NCBI RefSeq assembly: GCF_964204865.1
Contig: NC_135250.1
Span: 7,564,001-7,628,000, forward strand
Direction of reading: 5' to 3'
Length of the DNA stretch: 64,000 nt
From: Styela clava
Lineage: Eukaryota
Both the position numbers and the translations under genes were made by a program. This document shows positions 15,670 through 27,041 of this stretch, piece after piece. The first letter of the stretch is position 1. Each line of letters begins with the position of its first letter. Under the pieces are notes generated by a model, which did not search any database, was not told the origin of the DNA, and saw only the letters and a program-made list of their open reading frames with translations.

Positions 15670-15996
15670 CGGGCCCTATATAAGTAAAGACAACGCACAA
15701 ATACAATGGATAACCCGTGTAATGTACAATTTAATGCGTGATATATTTTGTCTATGTTACATAACCATAGGGACCGGTAAATACTGATAGCTAAAGGAGG
15801 TTTCGCCAGAGCATCGACTATCATGTTTATTTGGAACTGTCGTTTGTAATGACTTCTCTTGCAAATGTGTCACCGACCTCTGACCCCATACATTCTTCCT
15901 CAAATTCGTGCTGTTTATTGCCATTCGTGTTGCTGTTTTTGAGTAAGGACAGACTGACAGAAGGAAGTTCCTAGCAGCTACGTCCAGGGCACAAAG
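15670..15996 (+). promoter_or_regulatory. Probable promoter and non-coding first exon of Rab34/36
   Basis: CpG-rich segment with CTATATAAG near 15676; strong donor AAAG|GTAAGG after 15996; next acceptor ttttacag at 16343 precedes the ATG. Confidence 0.5.
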
Positions 15997-16399
15997 GTAA
16001 GGATATACTGGTATACTATTATTGCGTCGCGTATAACAGGAGAAATATGTAAATCCTATTGTTGATAGTCTGAGTCTAACCTTATGTTTTGCTGTCTATA
16101 AATTATAAAATACTTTCTCAATGTTCCTCCTTTTATTGTTTTAAATCTGATTTTGTAGTTACTGAATTTGGAATGTGTCTTTTTGAAATGCTGATGTTAA
16201 GGATAAGGTTATCATTTTATATCTCTACTCTACCTTTTGACCCCGTAATGGTATACAGATATACCCATTCTGCCATGTGACTCTATTACATTAATCAGCT
16301 TTTCAAGTATCTGAATACAGTCAATATATCATTTCGTTTTACAGTTTACTGGTTGAGAAAGAAAATTCTGTAGTTGCTGAATTAGCAATTAATATTATT

Positions 16400-19300
16400 A
16401 TGAATAATTCATACCAGGCTAGACCTGGCACAGTCCACAAAGATCGAATTATTTCAAATTTTCCGAAATGTTTCCACAATGATGCCGTGATTGATAATAA
16501 GCAGGATTATGATCCCAGGACATTGGAAATATGCAGGTCACGCCAACCTGTGAGTATTGGGTAAGTTATATTTTAATGACTTCTGTATGTCAAAAAAAAA
16601 CAAGACACAGTACTGTCTGACCATATCAGTATGGCTGTATGGTGCTAGAGTAAAATTTAACCATCAATATATCTATAGCATGTATGAATGTCACTAGTAG
16701 TTAATGATAAGTGATAAGTAATGAAAATCTTTTTTCTGACTCACTGCTATCAAATTCTCTTTGCACTATGAAATTTGTTATGCATTGTTTTCACACCACT
16801 ATACCCCGATTAATATTCGGTATAAGCATCCTTTAATATTTAAGGATCTACAATATATTGGCAAGACCAGAATTTTTCAGTCTTGACATTGTCTGCCTAA
16901 TTTATCTACCTTCCCTAATAGTTTATTTCATGTAATTGTAAAATATAGAGTAATTGGAAAGACTCAAAAATGTGATTGAAGTCTCACTAGCAGTTAGTTG
17001 GTAATGAGTCTCGAATCTTTCGAGTTAAATGACTCTGGGGGTCTAGTCATTGATCAATAGTGACTCGTGTCCAAATCAAGTCAATGATTCAATCCTTCCC
17101 AATGCTGACTGATTGTAAAAATATTCTCAAATAAATTCCTTTGAACCTAATCTCAAGTTTAAGTCGGGCCTTTGTTTTAGACCAGTTAGAACAAAATTGA
17201 TTGGTGTTCACTGGTCAGAATATAAACTTGCGTTCAAATCACAAGTAAAATATATATTACCTAAGCATTTTTTATTTCTGTTTCAGGCTGAAGATTTGCA
17301 AAATGATTGTGATAGGAGATGTTGGTGTCGGTAAAACTTCATTGGTGACAAGATTTTGCAAAGCTGCTTTTGATAAAGACTACAAAGCAACAATTGGTGT
17401 TGATTTTGAAGTAGAACGATTCGAAATTCTAGGATGTCCGTTCACATTACAAATGTATTATTTTATAAAATTTAGTAGACCTCAAAGAGGATTGTACCTC
17501 CAAGTTAAATTAGTTATTTGAAAAAAATATGTTTACTCAGTTATACATCTGGCAATGTAAGTTCGTTTACAGGATTATTAAGGTATAAAAATTGTGGTGT
17601 TGTTATTGCTCTGTTTATCATTCATTGGGTTTGGCACATACTTCTTCCTGTGTGACGATTTTTCATAAGTTGGTTTAATTTCCATGTTCAATACTTGTTG
17701 AACATGATAACAGATAGGTGTTACTCCCTAAACATGTCTACATGTACCAAAATTATATATGTCTGATTGTCTGCATAGTTCTATATACAGTGGTCTAAAT
17801 TTTTTTGGAATTTCGAGCAATCCATTTCACAGTCAAATTGTCATGAATGTGCTTTTATATAATGTACTAATTTTATATAGTGAGATAAATCATTTACCTT
17901 GCATGATATATGCATAAATGGGTGAGAACATCTCACCATCATGACATAATGGAAACAATCACTTTTAGTTATGGAGTTTTATTATCCATTCAATAAAAAC
18001 ATCAAAAATATACTTCCATTGCCAGGTGGGATACTGCTGGTCAAGAGAGATTTCAATGTATAGCAGCTGCATATTATCGTGGAGCTCATGGTATGCCTAT
18101 TATATTCTTTTGTTCATGCTTTACATTCTGATATTTGGTTGTTTCAAACTATTTTTATATATGAAAACATCTAAATTCATCTATTTTGCTGCAGAATTAT
18201 GATGTTCTCGTTCTATACTATGTCAATTATAATTGTTTTGCCCAACTGACTCGACTTGACATACCAAGAGTCAAATAAAATAAAAATAATATTCTATTTT
18301 TGTTATTTTACAGTTGTATCAATCGTATTTGATCTATCAGATATACAAAGTTTGAAAAATGCAAAGTAAGATCTTTTATTTTAATTTTTTTTGTAGATTA
18401 CCTGGTCCAGGTGCTTTTAACATTGATTCCTTTTCATAAGTTTTATTTCGTGTTTTTTTTTTTGTGCGATTTTGTCATCCATCTATATAACTCTCTTAGC
18501 GTCTCAGTGGTTACATGAAAGATTCACTGAATGCCAAAGTTCATTGCTTTAAATCAGTGTTGTCTTTATTTTTTATTGTCATATTTAGTTTAATTCTCAT
18601 TTACTGTATATTACATAGCCTACAGCAGGGGTCCTAGTCTTCGTCCTCTTGTTTACCCATTAGTAGTGAGTAGTTTGACATACATTGCCTCAAAATCCAT
18701 CGCAAAATACATATTTTTCTATGAAAAGTTCCCAATTGAATCATGTATTTAAATGGTAAATTAACGAAATAGTAAATCTTGGTTTATTGTCACCCTAATG
18801 GATTGAACACTGAAATCAATTCATATACAGGCTGTCCGAAAAATTTATTTAAACTTACAATTGTTATTACCGTACATCGGGCGAAATTTTACTTGTTATT
18901 ACTACAATACCGGGCAAAATTTTTTGGACAGCCTGTGAATGGATTGATTTCAGTGTTCAATCCATCAATGTGACGATAGACCAGATTTACTAATTTGTAA
19001 TTTTACATTTATCATTCAATTTCTAAATACATTCAAAAATTAAAAGAACATGGAAGCTATTAATAGACATTATATCATATTATATTCCAGGATATACATT
19101 ATGAACCCATAACAGATTGATTTTTCTCATACAATATAAATAAATATTTTACCAGCCTCGCCTTTCTCATACAATTATTGTTGTTTACTTTTCTTCCCAT
19201 ATCATAAATATAATGATTTTCATAAGATTATCATTTGTTGATTTAAACCTTTAGCTACGAAGCAGTGTTTGACCTCACTGGTTCAAGATATAAAGACATA

Positions 19301-21053
19301 TTTCTAAAATTTCTTCAATTGAACAAAAAGTGATTCAGTCAAAATCCACAGTTTGCTTACTTTTGCACAACTATTCATTAGATGGGCCTTTAGGAGCTAC
19401 ATTATGAGGGGTTTTACATCTTTATAACCTGGACTGTTTTCCGTGACTGTTCACATGTGAAAATGCTTTTTTGTCCATTATACCCCAGTCCAAACGTTAT
19501 ACAATTATGTGCATGTACGAGACAGAAAATTGACTTGACTTCCTCTGAAACTAAAATGAACGTCCCGACAATAACCCATTCTAAATTTTTACGCATTCTA
19601 ATTCAATTTTTTTTTTCAACATGCTTTACAATTCACTATGTTCAATTTCTCATTCTAAGCCACTTACACTACACACACATGAATTAATTTGGTATTTCAA
19701 TAGTCCTAATGTAAGTTATGTAGATGGGAAAAGTACTTCATTTGGAAATGCCCTTATCTATGTAGAATATTTTTCATTGGTCATACTTGGCTTTAAGGAT
19801 ACATGCAAAAAGCATCTTCTATTTGAAAAAAATATTTCAAGATAGAAGAAATATTGGTCAACATTGATAAGAGGATGAAACTTTTAGTTTTTTCATATGC
19901 AAATATGCCATGTCAAATTTTGAACTTTTACAGAGTATGGTTGCAATCTGCAATGAAAGAAAATCAAGGACAAACTGACATCAAAGTTTTTCTTGTCGGA
20001 ACTAAAAGAGATCTTGTGGTTAGTATTAAAGATATTATGTTGAACCAAATTAATATTTTAGAATAATGCGGTGCATCGTGCTAAGCGATAAGATAACGCT
20101 AGCCACCGCACCTCTGATTACCATGCGTTGGTTTGCAGATTGGGATCCCCAGAGGAAAAATTATGTGCAAGAGTATGGATGGACTCCTCGCTGTCGAAGG
20201 GTAGTTCGCGTAATCGCTGGTCGGTTACGGCTTCCTCCACCATCAAGTCCGTGCATCTGAAACAAATAACTGGCTAATCCCATAATTCCATACCCGAGTG
20301 GTGGAGGACGAGAGGCCGATTTATTCTAATGTCATGAAATTTACATTTATCAGTCAGACAGCGCATACAAAGCTATTGAACTAGAAGCAGTACAGATGGC
20401 AAAACAATTGGGAGCGGAATTTTGGTCTACTTCAGCACTTACTGGTGAGCATGATATAGTTGTAACCAATTTATAGCAGAATGATTTTCATGCAAGAAAA
20501 TTTATAAATGTGCTTGTATCATATTTATTATATAAAAATCAATGCATATATCTATCTGCTGGGTTGTTTTTGCATATAGGTAATAATGTGAAGAAATTTT
20601 TCTTCCGAGTTGCTGCACTTGCTTTTGAAAACAGTGTTTTAAAAGAATCTGAACATCGTAAAAATGCTTCAAAACTGGGAGATGGCGATCTAGTGCGTAA
20701 GTATTTTGACTTCATTTCCAGATTTGGGGCTTAGATAAAATAAACTTCATTTATCATGGATGCAGGATGTTTATAATGTTTGATGCTCTCATGTTGTTTG
20801 ATTCCTTCAATAGAGGAAATTCAATTCATCATTACATTGTCCTTACAATAATAATGGCAGTAATGGTTTTATAAGTTAGAGATCTTAGATTATATACCCA
20901 CTGCCAAAAAGAGTGACTCCCCTGTTCAGAGCAAAAGTTTAAAACTTTTTTACTTTGGTAGCATTTTGTTCATGTCAAACTTTCCTATTAACAGGTGTCA
21001 AGCAAGAAGATACCAAAACACCTTCTAAATCAACAAATTGTTGTAAAACTTGA
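16400..21053 (+). CDS. RAB34: Rab34/Rab36 small GTPase, 8 coding exons (16400-16560, 17287-17454, 18026-18090, 18314-18365, 19934-20018, 20354-20444, 20580-20696, 20995-21053), 265 aa
   Basis: Spliced translation gives the Rab34-type N-extension (KDRIISNFPKCF), GDVGVGKT, YKATIGVDFEVERF, WDTAGQERF, LVGTKRD, FFFRVAALAFE and the C-terminal prenylation motif CCKT. All junctions GT-AG; total 798 nt. Confidence 0.93.
18798..18965. mobile_element. 168-bp foldback/MITE in a Rab34 intron
   Basis: Perfect 23-bp outer inverted repeat ATGGATTGAACACTGAAATCAAT / ATTGATTTCAGTGTTCAATCCAT, plus an inner Tc1/mariner-like TIR ACAGGCTGTCC / GGACAGCCTGT. Confidence 0.75.
20066..20318 (+). mobile_element. Probable tRNA-derived SINE in a Rab34 intron
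   Basis: GC-rich 250-bp island in an AT-rich intron; degenerate A/B-box-like 5' part; CGGCTTCCTCCACCA core reminiscent of V/Meta-type SINE central domains. Confidence 0.45.
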
Positions 21054-22502
21054 AATTGATATTTTTTTTCACAAAACTATAATACAACTAATTTTAATAT
21101 GGTACACATGTTCTGTCACTCGTTCTGTATTCGATACTGTGTGTTGTCTTAGTGGCCAAATATTTCAATTTCATTATCAAAGAATTATAATATTTTCCAG
21201 CCATTTTTCTCTAAGAATTATGAACTAACAGAACTATGGGTTTTAGTCGAGATGTTCCACTTACTTTTGGATAGACTAAAGAATTCCTGAAAAGTTTGAA
21301 AATCAGTTTTACTCTGGGTTTTTGAGCCAAATTGTGATATACCAATACACAGTCATATTTTCTGATGTGAATTTGACATTAAACATAACTCCACTTTGAA
21401 ATGAGCCTGTAGTGTTTATTTATAATGCATATATGAAGCAAGCATGCAAATTATACAAGTTATTATATAATTTCGATTATTTCATATATGATTCGGATTA
21501 AATGCAGTCCCTCTATCAAGAAATGTGCCTACACCTTTACATATAATATATGAATAATTGTCGTCCTTGTCTATCCTTGCCGAATCAATAACTTTGGTAC
21601 AATTCAGATTTCATATGATATATATTTAGTTTTGATGATATTTTTATCAGCACGCATGCAATACTGTACTGTATAGCACATTCATATTGTCACTCTTCTT
21701 TTTAATTGACAGATTTTTGTTTCATAATTTCGGTGCGTTTTTTATTAGTTTCATTTTCTATCTACCAATTTTGGTGGCTTTTTGATTTCTTTTATGCTTA
21801 TCGCTTGTTGCTGTTTAGTTAGGCAAGACCAGTCAAGTATTCTTAAAAAATTGTTTGTTAGCTGCTTTGCGGATGTACCTATCCATAACCTATATTTAGG
21901 TTATGAAAAGTGATTTTTTTTCTTCAATGCCTAGTTAGTACTAAACTTTAGCCTATTTTGCACAATAACTAGCAATACAGCCATTTTATTAGTACTGGAA
22001 TTTTTCCTGAATATGCTTTATCTGCAACTTTAAAAATATAAAAACTAATTTATTTAGGTATTTCAGACTACATCTACATTAACCCACAATCTTCTGTAGT
22101 CATTTCATGGCACTGATGTATGCTATTCTTCTCGCTTCTGTAATAGTAACATCTACTAAGCATTGTGAACACATTTTTTTTTTCCCACTGTTCGTTTTTA
22201 ACTCTTTCTCTCTTAAATAGTACTGACTCTGAGCATATTACTTTTTCAAACGATTAATACTTTTCTTTGATTAAACTATAAAAGCTACTACAGTTCCAGT
22301 TATTATGATATGGTGTTGTCTATTCGCTTTTTTCATATTTATGTTAATAATTATTATGTTACTGGGGTTTTGTGTTGTTCTTTCGAGTTGGATTTGGTGC
22401 TGATGAAGGTCAGACTGAACGAGTTAAGTACATTAGTGCGACAAGTGGTGTGATGCTTGATGAACGACGTTGCCCCGCCTCCCGAATAACTATTATACTC
22501 TG

Positions 22503-22787
22503 ACATGGGCTAACTACGGCCGCCGGGTCAAATCCGGTCCGTTGTGTACTTCAATCTGGCCCGCCTGATGCTGTCACAAGCAAACTAAACCAAATTTTGA
22601 TGTTATAGCTAAAAAATAGCTCAAGGAGTTTGTAGAGAATGCGATTAAATTTAGTTTTCGCACGAGGCTTTTTGCTTTTGTACCACTCTAAATATTGTTC
22701 ATAAAATGTAACTTTTACGTCACACTTACATAGCCCACCAGTGGTCAGTATTTTTGGCCCCTGGTTCAAAAACCTTGGCCACCCCTG
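22503..22787. mobile_element. hAT-type MITE (~285 bp), same family as 56385-56688
   Basis: Right TIR CCTTGGCCACCCCTG; internal sequence aligns with the 56.4-kb copy (TTCAATCTGGCCC..CTGATGCTG..CAAACTAAA..TTGTTCATAAAATGTAACTTTT..TTTGGCCCCTGG). Left end degenerate. Confidence 0.75.
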
Positions 22788-24186
22788 CTCTATCTTCACA
22801 ATTGCATACACTCTACACTTGCCGAAATTACTGAAGAAAAGGGAAGTTCATATATTTTTTCCAAAGGAAGATACGGTAAGTCTTGAACCACTGACGTTCT
22901 ACGACTATATATGGCGATTGATATACTCCACTTTGTCCGGTGCATATGCCTTTGTAGGCGAGGCTAGCCGGGAGATTCAGATAATTTATTTTCGTCGTGC
23001 AAGAAACATTATGAACAACACAAGCATAGTAAATCAAGGCAAAAGAAAACAACAGACACATAATGTTTCGACTGCAATTAACGAGGAGCCGCGAAAAACT
23101 ATCAAGTCATCGTGTCAGCGACACCATTAAAGCTGAATGACGTCAAAAAAACGTCAAATGATTAAGGTTGAGTTATATATGATCAGGGCAAAAATTTGGA
23201 AAACGTAAATCGAATCGAGAGAGTAAGCCAAATGAGAAAAAACCTTGTCAAGGCGAACTGTTGAGCAATCTTCGTACATGATAGTTCCGGAAAAGTAATC
23301 GCCTATAACAGCAATGATTCACCCACCAGGCAGTAACAAAAACCTTGAATTTGCTCAGTTTTCGATGCTCCGAGGTGTTGAACAAGTTCGTTTCAATACA
23401 TCGAATCCCTGATTAGCTAAAAACGACGATCGTGAGGAAAACTGCGTTTTCCGCGTGTGCATTTCTCAGTTTTTCATAGAATCAAATATCCATGAGTACA
23501 AACTCTATACTGGTTCTAAAATCTATAGATGCAAAAGTATGTAGGTTCTGGTTCGACTGCTCTTAGTGTAATTTGCGGAAGCGAATGTGCGTGGACGCAA
23601 CTATATTATGCGGGAGAACAGACAAAACTCGGGTTGCTGTAGCAGTTTTGCTGGTACTTCAATACTTCTACTGGCCCAGCCTAAACTACGTTGTGCTATC
23701 GACGTTATGATTGCATATTAGTTGACTACACACATCACTTGGTTTATGATTAAGCTATAATGATGGCTTTCATATTTTTACCGTCGATTCACGAGGATGG
23801 TCGTCAGGGAGTTCCAAAATCAGGTTACAACGCATATTCACGATTTTCTATCCGAACAAGAAACCACTAACAATTTTACAATGTGTAAAGAACTACTCTT
23901 GTAAGATGAACCGGAAAGGAAACGTATATATATATATATATATATATATTATGTATTGCAATTGTATAAATCGAAAGGGCCCCCCGAAAATACATTTTGA
24001 ATCCCAATGCCTCATTTATTTTCGAGTATCGAAAGAAGTACTCTTAACTATTTTTGTTTATAAGTTTAAAAAAATGCCATAGTGTCGACTTAACTGTTGA
24101 ATTTGAAATATTCACCATTGTTGGAAAACCATACTCAGTGTAGTAAAGCTTCAAATCATAACTAAGTCTAGAAATTCAGGCCCGTT

Positions 24187-27041
24187 CTAAATTTCTTCTG
24201 GATTATCACACTCTCGGCGATGTCGATCAGGTGTTACAATTTCACACGCTGAACCGGATGCATAATCAGGACATTCGCATTTAAAATGCCTCTCTCTCAT
24301 TTTATCCAAAAGGGCCTCATTTCGATGAATAGCATATTTTCTTATTTTTGGTAAGATGTCATCAACAAAGGTGGCTTTGATTGGGTCAAGAGGGAATCTT
24401 CCGTTTTGGGTTGGACTTAAGTGAATAACCCATTCCGAATCGACTCGTGTGATCGAATATCCAATCAACTTAGAAATCTTCTCAATCGTGTTTCTTATCA
24501 TCTCTCTTGTGAATAGTTGTCTCAGGGGCGTAAAGCGACACTTTCCACCGTGTTCGCATATACAAATTGCTTTTTTCAAATCAATGATGAATTTTTGAAA
24601 TTCCAAATCCAAAAATTTGTCGATGTACCCTGAATAATAAAAGTAAAATATTGAGTGGTTAGCAAGTATTCACACGTGACACATAATATATAAGTGAATA
24701 GCTTAATTAGTGTGATTGAAAAAAAGACTGCGAAGGTAGGCCCTAATAGAGAGCTTCGGTGAAAAGTCAGTCTTATATATCACTGTCGCTACTGTCAGTA
24801 CGAAATCCATGATATCAAGGTTGAAGTGAATGCTAGCTAGTTCAACAATTATTGCCGAGCGGGTACAGTAGGAGTCGATAAATGTAAGTTTCATAACTCG
24901 GTTATACATAAAAAAAAAACGTTTACATGAAAATAATTGATAACAAATGAGTGCAACAAACACGAGTGTGGGCCTTATTTAAAGTGATTCTTGACAATAA
25001 AACAAATTGTGAAAGTTAACCAACCTGGATAATGGTCTTTGATCACGACAATGGATTTATTTAGCAAACTAGACCCTTGTTGAACCAGCATGTCCCAAGT
25101 ATCGATCTCTTCGTGGTTATTAAAAGCTGGGGAAGAAAGGGCGAAATTTGTAACATAAGCAATTCTCGCATTCATTCTTCTTCTTTTTCTGGAGCATTTC
25201 TCTCTCCAATGCAGATTTTCTTCTTTTAGAGAATGCAATTTACCATGAAGGTTTTTAAGTTTATTTTTATCGACTTTCGATGATTCGATATGATAAAGAA
25301 TTTCCTCTCCTAGTTTCTCTATCGTATTTTCTTGATCTTCGATTGTTCCGTGACTTAAAAATAAACTTTCGTTGCATGTTTTTAGACGCTGCATTGTTGT
25401 GTTTAACTTTTGAGTCAGTCCTGTGTTTTTGCCATCACTCTCCGCTAATTTCCTCTCACAAGTGAAGATAGTACTATTCATTTCAGCGATCTTCAATTCC
25501 AAAATAGCATTGCATCTTATATTGCAAAAAGTTTCCACTATTTCTGTTATTTCGGTGTGGTTTCGTGAACCATTTAGTTCATCCTTCAGAATTTCTTTTA
25601 GTTTTTCCGTTAGATTAGCGAGCTTTTCTTCAACTTTCAAAAGAGCATCCGTGAGGTTTCCGTTACTGGATTCAAGAGTAGCGATGCCAGATTGGCAGTT
25701 TGTGTAATTGGTAAACAACTCATTATAACTATTAAATAAAGTGTTTATCGAATTTTGTAGGCTATTCACTACATTTCTTTGATAGATAAATTCGTCAAGC
25801 ACTTTTATGTGATCTTCATTGCATACTTTTAATTTGCGAGAAGAACGCAATGCCTTTTCTCTAAGGTTTCGCATTTCTCGATTTAGATCCGCTAATGTGT
25901 CATTTGTTGACACCACGATTCCATTCAATTCTTCATTTATCTGGATACATTCTTGGAGTTCAGTTTCTGTCTTGATTCGACCGTTATCGAAGCTTTCGAT
26001 TTCGAATGTGTGATTTGTTTTTAGTTGTTCCACCGTTTCGGTCAAACTTTCGATATCTCCCCTGAGAGCTTCAATTGTAATATTTGCATCTAAGATTTCT
26101 AACACTAAATCAGCATTCAGTGAACCAAGCTCGTTTGATGCATTGTTACATGTTATTAATACTGATGAAATATTCTTGTTTTGTTCTTTCAAACTTTTAA
26201 TATCGTCATTCAAATTTTCTTTCTCCCTGTATAATAAATTTATATGCTTTCCCATCGATTCCCTTTTCTCGTTACAATGTACTGCATCTGATGTTGCGTT
26301 CTCTTTTAATGTCATCTCATCGTGTAAATTCTGGATCGTAGAAGTGAGATTTTCAGCGCATACTTTGTTTTTCTGCATCAGTTCTGCTACTTTTGTCTCT
26401 GCTATTACATTTTCTATGATTTTCTCCTCCAATTCGCCGACGAGGCCATCAATTTCTATCCTTCCTGTTTCAGACTCATTTCTCAGTTTTGTATTTTCCT
26501 TCTTTAAACGTGCGATAATATCGAGAAGAAGTTGATTATCTGTTGTTAAATTTTTTATTTTTTCTGTTGCTATATTCTGCAATTCTAATGAGTTTTGTTG
26601 AATGACTTCAAGAGTTTGGTAAGCATGCCTCACAGCAGTAATGAAAGACTCAGTCAGTGTGGCTTGAGATTCGAGGCACAATCTGACTGTCTTATTCATT
26701 TCTTGAATTCCAGTTTCAGATACTCTTAGTTTTAAAGCTAATTCAGAATTTAATCTTCCTGTACCTTGTAGATTCGTTTCGCAATTATTCAATTCTCGTA
26801 CTTTTGTCTGTAACATTTCTTTTGACGAAGTTAAATTTGCTTCAAGTGTCGCGCTTCTCAACTCTTCTTGTTTGAGTAAGAGTATAGCATCTTCTGAACA
26901 ACCTTCGAACCGTTTTCCGTTGGCATTACCCTGGGGATTTGGATCTGCTGGTCCTTCTCCTGGATTAGGATTAGCGGCATTAGAATTCTGGGACGCAACT
27001 GAACAAACTAGTACGAACAAAACCAATGTGTGCAAAATCAT
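24187..27041 (-). CDS. Uncharacterised secreted coiled-coil glycoprotein with C-terminal split EGF-like domain, 2 coding exons (27041-25025, 24629-24187), 819 aa
   Basis: Signal peptide MILHTLVLFVLVCSVAS; ~570-aa heptad-rich region; ~20 N-x-S/T sequons. Donor CCAG|GTTGGT and acceptor ttattattcag|GG join the 688-aa and 141-aa ORFs in frame (HYP-G-YIDKFLDLEF). Acceptor ttagtttgtcag lies just upstream of the ATG. Confidence 0.85.

Noticed and set aside
22395-22505. TGATGA...CTGA boxes suggesting a C/D snoRNA
   Set aside because: No terminal stem, no rRNA-complementary guide I can identify, and it abuts a MITE end.
22551-23130. ORFs of 77-129 aa, and similar ones at 56389-56718 and 60835-61065
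   Set aside because: They overlap MITEs, several use non-ATG starts, and none has transposase motifs.
24975-25024. C-terminal WLTFTICFIVKNHFK of the 688-aa ORF, resembling a membrane/GPI anchor
   Set aside because: It is intron read-through past the donor at 25025; the spliced form continues into the 24629-24187 exon.
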